From assembly GCA_002633005.1 (NCBI GenBank), contig NMRA01000045.1:341131-405130 (forward strand): DNA of 64,000 nt, read 5' to 3'. Both the position numbers and the translations under genes were made by a program. Positions 11,976-33,700 of this stretch are shown piece after piece. This DNA is from Phoronis australis. Lineage: Eukaryota; Animalia; Phoronida. The stretch's first letter is position 1. Each line of letters opens with the position of its first letter. Under the pieces are notes generated by a model. That model did not search any database and was not told the DNA's origin. It saw nothing but the letters and a program-made list of their open reading frames with translations.

Positions 11976-14900
11976 TTATTAGCTCTGTATATGACGTATG
12001 TTTTATAAATGGTTTATGCTACATTTTAACGTTTTCAAATAAGTAATTAAAGTTTTGAGTAGTTGCCTTGGAGGAACCTTTCAGAGATAAAATGCTGCAA
12101 TGATCAGGGGCAGATCCAGGATTTTGAGTTAGGGGGTGGCAGGGCAGAGTATTAGCCAGGATTTTGCCCGTCAGACATTCGCACCCCCAAACTACCAAAT
12201 GGTATCCAGGAAAATTTTAGGGGGGCCATGGCCCCCGAGGCCCCCTTCTAAATCCGTCATTGATGATTCTTTAGCATCAATTTCTGAATTCTAGGATGCT
12301 GTTAAAATCATGGCTAAAGATCTGGTTCGTACAAGACGATACGTTAAGAAGTTCATCTTAATGAGGGCCAACATACAAGCAGTTGCCTTAAAAGTCCAGA
12401 CTCTGCGCTCCACCAACGCTATGGCAGAAGCAATGAAGGGAGTAACAAAGGCCATGCAAAAAATGAACAGACAGGTAACGTCATCTGCCGTTTGTTGTTT
12501 GTTTCAATCAGGTGGCGCTATGTAATGATAGTCTTATCCATTTGACTTTTTTATCGTAACATTGTGGCTGACAATTGAGTTCATGCATTTGTTACGGTAC
12601 TTTTCAGTAAATATGCACTAAAATTTTTGACGGTGTGTCATTTTCCAACTTTTCAGTGAAGCCTGTACCTTGCCACAAATTATAAAAATTTTATTGTGCA
12701 TCCAGTGCAGACTGTGATATGAGTGAAGCAGTAAGAATTTTCAATGTTTATATTTATTGGGAAATTTGAAAAAGTGAAAGTCATATTGAGTGCTACATCA
12801 GGGGTCAAAATGCCATACTTCAAACTAAGGTACAATTAGAGTGAAGCATTTAATTATTAAACCACATATGACACCTTTGTGCCAATCACAGTGTTACCAT
12901 AGAAACTGAGATGTGTCAACTTGCCTTGTTTCATGACTCGATGGCAAAATTAAAACATTCGACTCTTGCAATTGTGTGAAACAGGATGTCCCAAGGTAAT
13001 AGTCGTATTACCTAAACAACCCTCAGTATACTTCAAATGCTCCTTTCCGTATATTGTCAGCCAAGCAAGTAAAGAATTTCAATAAGTGTCTCAACTGTGT
13101 CATATTGCTCTCACAAAACACATGTCATCTGCCAAGAAGGTTTGTGTAGAAATTTCTTGAAATCTGATTTGTTTCATCATTGACAAATTTGCGATCTTGT
13201 TACATCACATGTAACATTGAATTCAAATCTGTTCATTTTTCCCTTATTGTTTCTATTAAATACCTAAATTTTGCTTTATTTGTATAGACAGTGACTGCAT
13301 AGAAAAATAGTGCACCTGTCTTCTGTCAAACATACCAACTCTTGATCAAGGAGTCGGACCACTGCTTTACTCTCAGCTTGTTCCTCAGTCATATCACATG
13401 TGATTTCTTCCTTTAGGCCTGATTGTTATGGCTCAATAAATTAACGAGATCGGTCCTTAAGCCAACTTATTGAACCAGGTATTTGTTCAATGAAAAGGGG
13501 CTTAAGGTTTAAGTCAGAATTTTAGCCTTACGCTCCACACACGTCATCTAATTTGAAAAATAATTAAATCTCACTTTAGAAAAATCTCTGAGAATATACC
13601 CATTGCTTCTAGTTACTGAGGTAATTTGTATGAATTATTTCTGTGTTGTGACATGCTAATAATTGACCTTGCGAAATGTCGACAAACAAACAGTAAATTT
13701 TACCCAGCAACGAGTTATTTGTCTGGTAAAATGGCGGCTTGGAAACGAAGGTGTATCAATAATGCTGTGTTCTGATTGGTCACTTAAGCAGTCACTCAAA
13801 GTCCTGGCGATAGGTCAGTTACTTGGCTAAACCTTTATCCAGTTTCCGAAGTTGCAGCGCGATCCCAAATCTCTGTCTTGATTCGTAAGTCACTTTTTGT
13901 GAAACAGACAACAGCCAGCTCTTTCTATGTTTAGCTGCACTTCAAATCTGAGTTATGAACAAGCCAAAATGTTATTGTGATGTTGGTCTATAATGGGTGG
14001 GTCCATTGAGATGTATTGAAAGTCTACAAAACTACTGTATGAAAAATGTCTCCATGTCGTAAATACATCTACCCGTGTTTACTGGTCAGTCAAACGGTTT
14101 CATTCAGACTACCCTTTTGCTGACTGTCGTCTTTGTTGTAGCTTAAACTGCCAGAAATTCAGAAGATCATGATGGAGTTTGAAAAACAGTCGGAGATTAT
14201 GGAAATGAAAGAAGAAATGATGAACGATGCCGTGGACGACGTCATGGGTGATGAAGAAGATGAAGAAGAAGGTGACGCCATCGTCACACAAGTTTTAGAT
14301 GAGCTGGGATTGCAGTTAGGTGATCAAATATCAGGTCAGTTGTGTTTAAACTATGCGAAGCTTCCATTCTTCAAGGGCGAGTTTCATCGTTGGCAATGAA
14401 TTGTCCGTAGTGTCTCTCCTTAATTTCGTGCAAAAATAATTGCCGAAATGGCATTTTTTATATTTCAAAGGCTCATTTCATTGCAAAAATCCTTATAATC
14501 TTTTTACAAAAAAACGAATTTATGAAAAATTTACATAAAGCTATGAAAAAGTAAAGGTTTTCTTGTTTTTGATTAAATCCTACTTATACACCACAATCTG
14601 AAATACAGTATTACTCAAATAAGACGGACATGTGCTTGTCATATTTTTGCTGAACTCGGACAAAGATCCGCTGTACGGATGTTCTAGTTTGTGTTTTCAG
14701 CCCTTCAAATATGTCAGATTTTGCCTTAATTGGATAAAATTTCTGTTCAGTTGGGTCTGAATTTTTCTGTAAAGATTGTCAGATTTGATGATAAAGTTTG
14801 TAAAAACATATACACAAAAACTTATTTTGTTAAAAAAGTGTAGAAAAAAGTGTACATATGAAATTTATCATCAATTTTACTTTTTCCTAATTAATAATTG

Positions 14901-15489
14901 TCAGATTTTTAACTAGACCTGTTGCATATAAAGACATAAACATGCTAATAAAAATTGAATGCGTCTGCCAATTTTAAGACCGGCTTACCAATAGGAAGCA
15001 TTCTGGATACACCTCTTTGGCATTGTGAGAACACAAAAGCATCTTTCACTTGACCCAATTTCTAATTCTGGTGAGCAAGAGGAGGGACGAAATGCATTTT
15101 TTTTCATGAACAGACGTTTTGAGACCTCGGATGTTTTTGTGTGAATCATTCTGATATCCTACCACACAGCAGTGTCAATTTAATGGTCGTAAAGATTTTA
15201 TAAAAAATGCTGGGAAATATTCCGTGCAGACGGCTGTCCATTAACTCACCTAGCGCCACTATATGGAAAAATGGCTTTACTAGCGGAAGTGAAAGAGGTG
15301 ATGACAGTAAAAGTGCATTTAAGCGAATAGCCATATTCGAGCTAACGCTATCCAACTCTTTCTTTTACAGATCTGCCCACAGCACAAGGCAGCCTATCAA
15401 CACCGGCTGGGAAAACACCCGTTGCAGCCGGCGACACAGACGCTGACGCCGACTTACAGGCAAGGCTAGAGAACTTGAAGAGAAACTAG
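11258..15489 (+). CDS. CHMP2A: Charged multivesicular body protein 2a (ESCRT-III, Vps2), 219 aa
   Basis: Exons 11258-11425, 12295-12474, 14142-14334 and 15371-15489 total 660 nt with GT-AG introns of consistent phase. Hallmark sequences: DAVKIMAKDLVRTRRYVKKFILMRANIQAVALK, LKLPEIQKIMMEFEKQSEIMEMKEEMMNDAVDD, and the C-terminal MIM1 DADLQARLENLKRN. Confidence 0.97.
12105..12262. mobile_element. CAGGGGC-type MITE, copy 1 (5-bp TSD)
   Basis: Termini caggggcagatcc ... aaatccgtcattg; TSD atgat/atgat; homologous to 28727-28853 and 52412-52572. Confidence 0.8.
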
Positions 15490-17114
15490 TTGTAATCTGT
15501 GACAGTGATTATGTACATACAGTTGAATGGTTGGAAATGGAAACTAATGCATTTAGTTGGGTTGCAGAAAACGTTCATCTATTGAGTACAGTTGGATTAT
15601 GTTGAAAGTATTGTTCACCAATGGCAAGATGTGTGATTGATGTCAGTGGTTGATGTACAAAGTTTATGCGACTGGCAATGTGTTATCATTTTGAGTTGGA
15701 TTTGCTTCCCACTCACTGTCTAAATATTAAAATTGTGAAATGAGTGACAAACCGGGTCAAATAAGGCTGAAGTTAATCCTGGTTTCAAGCATCAGCAGGA
15801 TTAGATAAACTGAAACACCCCTAGTTTGGAATGTCCAATGTGTTGGGTTTTGACACATCGATGCCCTGAATTATCTGTTGATGTATGATGTCATTAATGT
15901 ATAATTAGCAATTGAGGACAGAGAGCTAGAAGGAAATGTGCTATTTTACTGTACTTGAGAGACTTTGTATGAACGGAAGTATGTTGTAAAATGGTTTGCG
16001 TAACGAGGCGAGTATAGTTTCAAAGGCACAATTAAAATGGCCCAGCCCCCAATGCCGTCAGCATGCTGTTTTTAGGTGCTATGTGGACATTTCTCCTCCG
16101 AAAATTGTGGTTGTACCCCCTTGTATGCTCGATTCGCCAGTGTGTATAACCCTACACTTGGTTAATTGGTCATCACCCATGCACTGTATTGGTGAGGAGG
16201 TACGACATGAACACCATTGTGAGTGTTCTGACAGTAAAATCCGTCATTTAGGGCAATCTCAACTTGAAACTGTGTAAATTGTAAAAAAGGTAAAATTACC
16301 AACCATTTTTGAGGCAAGAGCAAGTATTCATTTTGTATACCAAACCCCAACTAAAGTTTTTTCAGTCAATAATCAAACACCCCTTTAATAATTAGTATTT
16401 ATATCCACAAGCAAATTTTTTGAAATGCAATTTTTCGTTATCCTAAATTAAGTAAGTTTTGTTAAAATTACTTTTGGTAGGTAATATCTTCATCATTGGA
16501 GCTTATACTTTTTTATTTCACAGGATCAGCACTTGTTTTAGTTCCCTTTATGGAGTGTTAACCGTCTCCTTTTTACTTGGTCAACTGTGATCCTCAAAAG
16601 TGACTGGAGTCCTCAAAAATGGTCCTATATACTGTAATGAATTTGTTAGGACATAATGCCTCAAGCCCTTCTTTGTATGTTTTTAGGAATTATCCTTGAT
16701 CTTACAGTTACTGTAGTGCCATGAAAGGATATAATGAGGTGATTTAATATACCATGATACTATGTTGTGGTGGTTTCAAGCCACAAACACCAAATAAGTT
16801 TTGTTGTGTATTTAGAAAAATATAATAAGGAGATAGTTAATGAGACAAAACAAAATAACATTCTATGTCGTATCACAAATAATAGTATCACTTCTGACAA
16901 GCACGCATAAACAGTAAAAATTGACATCAGCAACATTGCACTATTTCAATTGGAACAGCTCCAATAACTATTTCACCCATTCCTCTCCAATAAGGAGGAA
17001 ACTGTTTCTTTATAAAGCAACATAATGTAAAAATAGGTAATGCATAAAATTCCATTATATTGCATATTATGTTATGACAATTGTGCAAAATAGCAATAAA
17101 ACCGCGTTCTAAGT

Positions 17115-17480
17115 CCTCTTCTCATAACCTAAGGATAAAACTGGACCGCATCTCAGTACCCACATTTTAGTCCATGGAACGCATGATCACTTTTCACTTA
17201 ATAGTTGAATTCAACTTCAATCACCATAATCAACTATCATGCAAAATCCTCTTCTCATAACTTGAGGATAAAACTGAACGGCATCAACGTCCCAACATTG
17301 TAGTCCATGGAACATACGATCACTTTTCACTTCAACTTCATCATAACCAACTGTCGTGCATAATCTAGTCTTCTCATAACCCGAGGATAAAAACTGGACC
17401 ATACCTCCATCTCAACATCGCAGTCTACAACACAGACACCTTTAAGTTAAAGTTCATCTCCCGGCCATCATAACCAACAC
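17115..17480. repeat. Degenerate tandem repeat, ~3 units of 120-133 bp, in the presumed ARF-like 3' UTR
   Basis: tcttctcataac..aggataaaa(a)ctg recurs at ~17117, 17250 and 17369, with shared agtccatggaac..atcacttttcactt. Confidence 0.7.
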
Positions 17481-17568
17481 TAATTAAACATTGACTACAG
17501 GCATTAATTTACATCGTGAACATTGTATTAGTAGATACACAGCTACTGTTCCCACACAATTCATCTCT

Positions 17569-25953
<8,385 letters not shown>

Positions 25954-27212
25954 GACTACTCAAAGCTAAATTAATCAAACATGGGCGACGCCCACCATAG
26001 GGGGCCCCCACTTATTTCAGTGCTGCGCCGCCCATCAGTGTCAAACGCAGTACACTTTGGACTATGCAGGCTGGGAGAGGGCCTCTAGAAACCCCCATCC
26101 CCTCACATCTGTCTAGGTCCACGGTTCCAGAATAGATATTCTCGAGACCTCTGACCTAACTGACACGGGGGGCACTCTAAATGTGCACCGTAAGTAGGAT
26201 ACCCAGGCTTTCCCGTTGAGACCGCGACCACTGAGACAGTGCGATCAGATTTATGTCAATCCATTGACCCTTTACAGGCTCTTTTGTTGGCAGCTGTTTT
26301 TAAAAGATTATCTTTTACGTTTTTTTTCCTAACCAGGTATTGTGAGGGTGTATTGAACCAAATTAACAGCCTTTTCATAGTATTTTCAACCCGTCAGAAA
26401 CCCGAAACTACAAATTCCTTCTGACTACTATGCTGAAAAGTCAGCCGGGTCGCACCAGTTTGCGGAGTAGACTATTCGAAAAATCATGGGAGAGTTGTCC
26501 GGTTTTGCTGGCTGTAAGAACACAGGCACAGCCTCTAACCGGAACGTTTCGTTGATTCCACCCAGTAAAGTGCTAACGTCAAGTCGGTCGTGACTGAAGA
26601 TAACGGTGCGTGTGTCCAGGTCGCTGATCATCCGAAATAACGGTAAAGCACTGAGTATATCGCGCAAAGGTACATAAGCCTAAGAGTTAGCTCGTATGTC
26701 CTTTGAACACGAGTCGGGTCTTAATCTTGAGACGTCAATAATTTTGCGTGTCTTTCCTTTAATTCGTTTTCAGCTAATTAATTATTCATCTTAAATGGAA
26801 GACACGTTAATATCCATTGTATTTTAATTCCGTCTCATCGAGAGGAAAAGAAGCGTGCTTCGATGGTTTTGCGCAAGTAATTGAGATAAATACATGTGTC
26901 AAAAATCGGATAAAGAGGTGCAGCCGTACATGTGCTCCCTGACAACGAATTAAGTAACAGAACCTGTCCGTTTCCTACAAATTTCATCCCGTAATACTAT
27001 TTAAATCTTAAGATGTGTTTTTTTTTTGAAAACAAATATTTTATGAAAGTCCATGAGTAACACGCATTCCTTCAAGTTTATGATAATGGTGTCACCCGGG
27101 TGTTTTAACTGTTTTATCAAACTAACTCACGTTACTGACGTAAAATGTGATAAAACATAAACTTACTTTACCACCCGAGTTAACTGTTACGAGATCTCAG
27201 CGATTGAAGAGA

Positions 27213-27602
27213 TCACGACAACGCGTAGGCCGCCACAGCTGCGGTTGCCGCCAACAAACCAACTGCTGTTAGTCTCTTCCACGAGAAAAAACTTCTGCTG
27301 GGCCCTTCATCTTGCCCGGTCTCTTCTACAGAAACCACTGATGGCGTCGACGGGGATGGCGATGGCGGGGGTGGCGCCGGCGGGGTTTGCGCCGCATGAG
27401 CTAATAAATGTGGAGGTATATATTGGAGCGGGATACCAGGAGGTATCTCCGACCAAGGCCCAACCTGATCAAGAATGGTCGCCAGGGGAACAGGGAGCAT
27501 ATGCATGAGATGGCCGACACCATGAACCTGAGCTGCCTGGACAAAATCTTGAAAAGCGTCGCCACCGCCACGTCTGTGTGCCTGTAAATGTAGTTGGGAC
27601 AT
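27213..27602 (-). CDS. Orphan 129-aa protein with Pro/Ser-rich linker and C-terminal tail anchor
   Basis: GC-rich ORF in an AT-rich background; aaaaATG start. Upstream are an acceptor atttcag at 27640-27638, a donor GTTCGT near 27745 and a TCAGTT Inr-like motif at ~27789-27784. The protein ends WKRLTAVGLLAATAAVAAYALS-stop. No family recognised. Confidence 0.6.
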   Translation of the reverse strand: MSQLHLQAHRRGGGDAFQDFVQAAQVHGVGHLMHMLPVPLATILDQVGPWSEIPPGIPLQYIPPHLLAHAAQTPPAPPPPSPSPSTPSVVSVEETGQDEGPSRSFFSWKRLTAVGLLAATAAVAAYALS

Positions 27603-28726
27603 TTTTTCACGTTTTTCATGTTTATCATCGATATAATCTGAAATTGATAATGGCAACCTGGTTGATTATAAAGTACAAACGTCGTTGTCAATTTCATCTT
27701 AGTGATATTGTCTGAAACCAACATCATAAATATTGATTTACGAACTTTCTTCGCGAACGTCGTAAGCCTATAGCGCTGTGTTCAACTGAAGTGATCAAGC
27801 GTGATATGGCCTCTCTATGTCGATTGTGCGAAAAAAAATCAAAAGTAAGTAACATTTCTCATTAAAAATTCAGCAATATGCCTAAAACCACTTCGAACGC
27901 GCTTAAAAAAGCAACGTTCTAGTAAAGTTATTACAATAATATCATGAATAAATTCAGTGTTCTCTATTAACAGTAAAAGTCTTAAGTAATTAGATCATTA
28001 AAGAATAAAAAAAATGTGAATGATTGCGACATTTGTCAACTACGTCCAACTTTTCAGTACATGTCTAAATTCAATACAATAGAAATGAGAAGCGGGGGAT
28101 AGGGTATGTGGTAAATGATCTAAATCATAAGTTCGTCGCACGTTTCAGTGCATCACGCAATTCGAATGACGTCAACAGTCAGTTGCTAAGGCTGACGAGC
28201 TTCAAAGCATTTCCATTTTTACAATAGATTGATATAAGCGAAAGGTGAACTTTTGATACCGAGAAAGTTGTAGTTATTGAACCCTGTGCACGCTCCACCA
28301 CTACATATGTACTTCTCTAGTTATACGATGCCCCACTACGTTCAAATTTTACAATTAAATGACAGTTCATGAGAATCAGATTAAACTAACATACGTTTAT
28401 AAATGGACCGTGAACTTGCGGAATCGGAGGCTGAAACTGATGGAACATTTTGCAATTATCTTCGATGTACAGACCAAAGACTGACTCTGAATTATTCTCT
28501 CTCTCTCAGTGCCTGAGAACGAATTCGTCAAGGTTTGAAAAGAACAAACGACGACGTCATACTTTTGTCATGAGTGCGAAACACTTGCGTTTGGCATCAG
28601 ACCTACTGATGACGTGAATTTCACGCATTCTGTATTGAAACTTTTAAATGGACATTCGCCGCGAGAAAATTAAATTTACGAAAACGACGAATAGCGTGGA
28701 ATCGAACCCAATAGCTCCACAGTAAC

Positions 28727-28853
28727 CAGGGGCGGACAGAGTATTAGTCGGGATTTTTCCCGTCAGACATTCGCACCTTCGAACTGCCAAATGTAATCTG
28801 GGAGAATTTTAGGGGGACCATGGCCACTTGGCCCCCCTCTAAATCCGCCACTG
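28727..28853. mobile_element. CAGGGGC-type MITE, copy 2 (internally deleted; 5-bp TSD)
   Basis: caggggcgga ... aaatccgccactg; TSD gtaac/gtaac. Confidence 0.8.
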
Positions 28854-29764
28854 GTAACAGCTGCCGAATGAAATCCAACGTGCATTTAAACGTGACACCG
28901 GATTTGCGGATTTCAGCGAGTCTAGCAAACACCAATAAAATGGATTCATTGTTTTACGTCTTTGCCGGGTCGATGCTAACATAGATTATAGACATGATGC
29001 TAATAACTTCAAGAGTATGTGGTGGTGACTAACATCAACAATCATGGGTCTTGTTGCCATTGAAAGTTCTTGCATCTATCCCATCTAACAATAATAACAA
29101 GATGCGTTTCTCTGGCGTACAGTCGACAAACTCTCCATGGAACATTATATAATACATAAACATTGTAACAATGTTTTCTTTTATATGTTGCTTCTATTTT
29201 ATCCTATGAATGGTGTCAATTTCTGTGTTATGTTTAGGTATATTTGTCGCAAAAGTGGCACTTTGACAACTTACCGAGCAGGAAAGAATGATGTCATGTA
29301 CTTGGAACTTGTTTTCAGTTACTGCATAGCCTATTTGAAGTAGACAAAATACCACAGTGTCACCTGGCTCATTACAGCTATCGTCATGGGCCAGTTGAGA
29401 CGCCTTGGCACTCTCGAATACGTGAAGCTGCGGCCAGCAATCGTTAGATGTATTCAGACGTGATGAATTGTCGAATGCAGATAGTTCAAATACAATGCTA
29501 ATACTATGCTCAGAAATAATAAGTAGTAAGTCAAGATAAATCCAGGTTTTGCTATTAATAGTTCGCTTACCGCTGGCTTAATATGTATTTATTTAGCTGG
29601 ACAATTATTTGTTTATTTTTATTACCAGCAATGCTGAGAAATTCAAAAAACTCTGGGATTATTATAGATGAAAGGTGTAATTTTATCGCAGAGGCTTTCA
29701 CAGTGGAAAGTTTACTGGAGAAAATGCAACAAGTGTTACGTAGCACGTAGAAAAAAAAAACAAT

Positions 29765-30005
29765 AACAATATTCCTGGCCTTCTGTTGCAGTCGATTTCG
29801 AGAGAAAAAAAACAACTACAATATTCATGGCCTTCTGTTGCAGTCGATTTCGAGAAAGCCTTTGATTCTCTGCCACAACGATGGGTGAGCATTTTTTATT
29901 AGGATTCTCGCGCCGTGTGTAGTCCAAAGGGGGTACGATATGTCTTCTTAGTGTTTCTCTGCCTCACCAGGCTCAACAAGGTGATTTAGTATCTCCGTAT
30001 TTTAG
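29765..30005 (+). mobile_element. Decayed non-LTR retrotransposon (L1/Tx1-like) RT fragment
   Basis: Translates to LLLQ/AVDFEKAFDSL and QQGDLVSPYF RT motifs; a ~36-bp segment is locally duplicated. Confidence 0.6.
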
Positions 30006-30733
30006 CTGGTCATTCCTTACGAAAGAAAACCCACCCAAAAGATTGTAGTTGCCTGAACACACAATTTCAAAAGAGTGCTTACTAAGGGGACAGTGCCTGA
30101 TTTTAGTTTTGAATCGCCAATTCTCGCCGGCGTTTGGTCGGTCATTCATTGATTCATCCCAATACCAGTGATTTTATATGACAGAACTCCGTCACTGCCG
30201 GAAAGTCGAGGNNNNNNNNNNNNNNNNNNNNNNNNNNNNNNNNNNNNNNNNNNNNNNNNNNNNNNNNNNNNNNNNNNNNNNNNNNNNNNNNNNNNNNNNN
30301 NNNNNNNNNNNNNNNNNNNNNNNNNNNNNNNNNNNNNNNNNNNNNNNNNNNNNNNNNNNNNNNNNNNNNNNNNNNNNNNNNNNNNNNNNNNNNNNNNNNN
30401 NNNNNNNNNNNNNNNNNNNNNNNNNNNCCCCCCCCCCCCCCCCATCTCAAAATCCAGGATACGCCCCTGGCTCGTCTAATTGCTACAGCTAGTGATACAT
30501 AACTAACACAATGGACGTATTCAATCAAACGCGTTCCGTGTGATGACCCTCTTGGAGACCTTCCCACCCTGTCTTGTCAATGGACTTTTCCACTATTGTT
30601 CTAGGTCTGCTCGCATCGATAGCATTTGCCGCAGCAGTTGGAAAGTTGTTCCAGTGTTGGAAGTGTCCCATTGACCGTCTAGTTAGTACTGGCGAAATAC
30701 TTCGTTTCGGGATAACTTGCGGAGTTGATCAAC

Positions 30734-33700
30734 ATGTCAATATCTACAATCGTGACATGTGCCTTGATTTTGGGAGGCGTATATGGTCAGGGGAACGAAT
30801 GTGATCGAAGACCAAGCAGAACCTTGTCAAATCCGACTCCAGGTGACAATGGCTTCAGGATCGTAATTCCAGACCAAACTTTGCCGAAGTCATACCGCCC
30901 CGGACAAACGTACTCAGGTAGGCTCGCGTACATTCAGCTCGGCACTCGTATCTTGATTCTCAAAAGCGTTATTTGTCTTCAAAATGCTGTATGATTCAAT
31001 AGCTAACCGATACTGTACTCGGCTGCATGTGGAGGAAAGACAGGAAAGTTGGTTAAGTTGGTATGAACACGACATAAAGGTTGATCGCAGTTAACAAATC
31101 GTAGTAAAATGAACACAACAGACCACTTGGTTGTTAATTGTTCATTTTCCAAAACACTTAGTGCCCGATTAAGGCGCAGGTGTCTTGTGGCAACACATTT
31201 CTTTTATCTTTCGGCCTTTTTCACACGAAGTCGAGTATTCCGAAGTGGTTCTCATTCACTCCCTTGTACACATTTATTCGCTCACTAGTAATACCGAGCT
31301 GAAGAGTAGGAGACACTTTTGTGCAGTGCTCGATTGCCAGCCGCTAATGTAAAAGTTGGAGCCGGGTCTCCCAAACGGTAGTCTGAAGCACAAACCACTG
31401 AGCCACACTGTCTCCTCAACCAGTGGGTCATCGTAGTGCTTGGTCACAATATAAAGACTTTCAACTGTAATAGGACCACCAAGTTGTTAGAAATAACATT
31501 CTAAGACAAATATCACCCTTCTGTCAGATAAATAGGTAATTAACCAGCAATTTAGTAAGTGAAGTAAAGCACCATAAGTGACCCATTTCTAATGATGAGA
31601 AATTTATGTTTTTGTATTAACTTGCTTTTCAACTAAATTGTGAACAATATACAACAATTAAGAATTTGCAAAAAATATTATCCTGTCTCACATTTACTTG
31701 TACATATACACTGTATATGTGACATATGATACCTACATCATAAATTGCTGCTGTCTCCTTTGACCTAATGTTGGTAATATTTTAATGCTAATTTGTTGGA
31801 CATTACAAATTGTACTAATGGATTATCACAGCATGACCAACTTCCAGGAAATTCGCATTGTGTCAATAAGCAAATGCAGTTCCCTTCTGGACACACACAC
31901 ACACTTCAAGTTGCGGTAATTTCTACTCATTTCAGCTGTGATTTAGCATTTCTGGAATAATTTCAAAGTTGTTTTCAGCAATGACTGAGTATTTCCGGAG
32001 TTTTTTTCAACTGTGTTCAGTAAGAACTTGAGTATTTCCAGAAGGATATGTGTCATATCTTGTTGAAAATTGAATTTTACCATGCAGTTTGATCTAATTA
32101 GCATAAGTGTGGATATTTGTGTAACATTATCCACCGTTTTAGACAGTTAGCCAGTCAGGGCGTATACCTGTACAGAGAAAGTTAGAATGATTGAAAAGGG
32201 CTCTATTTTGTAGATAGTTAGCTTCTATGACACTCTCTCCAAGTAGATTTGTTTTTCCTTAGCAGGACACTTTTGTAAGTTATAACCAGTTATAACCTAA
32301 AAAGTTTTATTTTGGGGAAGTCAAAGCAGTGCTAATTAGGTTTTAGTAAATATTACAAAATTAAAGAGTTGAAATAACTTAAGGTTAGTGATGGTGAATG
32401 TTTCAGTTGAAACACAAATAATGAACTTCATTCGGTCCACAGCGTTTTCGTGTGCAATTAAGATCGTTAGCTCACCATCTTTAAAAACAGCAAAAGATTC
32501 CATCCCAAAACAGGAGTCCTAAGAATGATTTTCAAAGATTATAGCTTAAATTGAAGATGGGCCTTGTACTGTATGGTAAAATGTCGCCAATTTCATACAA
32601 AAATAATTCCCAAAACTGGTTGTTTTTAGTTTTTCAAAGGCTTTTAACTTTTTTGCAAATGTTCACAATTTCCTAAAATGCTAACAAACAGGAGCTCTAG
32701 TACAGAACTTGAGACTGACATTGCCTATATTTTATACTTTGTCCACTTAATTTAATTATGAAAAATTATAAAAGTGTAATGTTTCCTGTGAGTCAATGTG
32801 TCTTAAACTACTGTAGTTAAAATTTTCTGCTGTTGTTTTGAAGCAACTAGCATATTTAGAATGTGAAGCCTTTTGTGAAATTCTGTTGCAAAACTGAATC
32901 CTTTTGGGGAGTTCATAACCCTAAATTGGACCCTTTTCTTGGTATCATTGGTGATAAAAACCTACTCCTCTCAGTATCATGTATAAATACACCAATCCTG
33001 CAATCTAAGAACTTCACAGATGTAAATCTAACATTTTTCAAACACAAATGTTGTTCACACAAAATGTTGATAAAGAGTGTCACTTCTTGTCCATCATTTT
33101 TAGCAGTTCAAAATTTTTTAATGGAGACTTGTTCACTTGGTGAGAATACCAAGGAAATATGATAGTTCATGTTTACTGCTCAATTTGTCAAGTGTCTGGC
33201 TCAGCTAATTGAATTACAGTCTGTCTCCAAAAGTTTCCACAAATTGAATAAATTTTCACCTCATGCCTTTGAATTTTATATGCCAAAATTCAGTCATGAG
33301 TTGAGAGTTGTCAGTAAAGATACTACATCTTCAATAGACAATTAGTTTGTTTCTGGTCTTGTTGGTCTTTTATAAAAATTTGCTGAATATAGTATTTGCA
33401 AACTGAGTAAAACTTAATTTACTGTAGCTGGATATGCGTTTTGGGACACCCTGTCGTTTTATCATGTCATGTCCTATTCCACACATGTGCTGTTACTGAA
33501 ATACTTGTGACATAATGTTTTTGAGTGTTTCCTCTTAATATAAAGGAAAAAGGTCTGAGAATACACTTGAGATTGGCTACAAAGCAAAGATTGTAATTAA
33601 CTAAGCCTGTGTTGGGTTGGTTTTAAATTCCTAGGTTAAATGTAGCAGGTTGTTAGCTACACATTTTCAAGTTCCAACCTCCTTGACAGGGCTAATTAGC

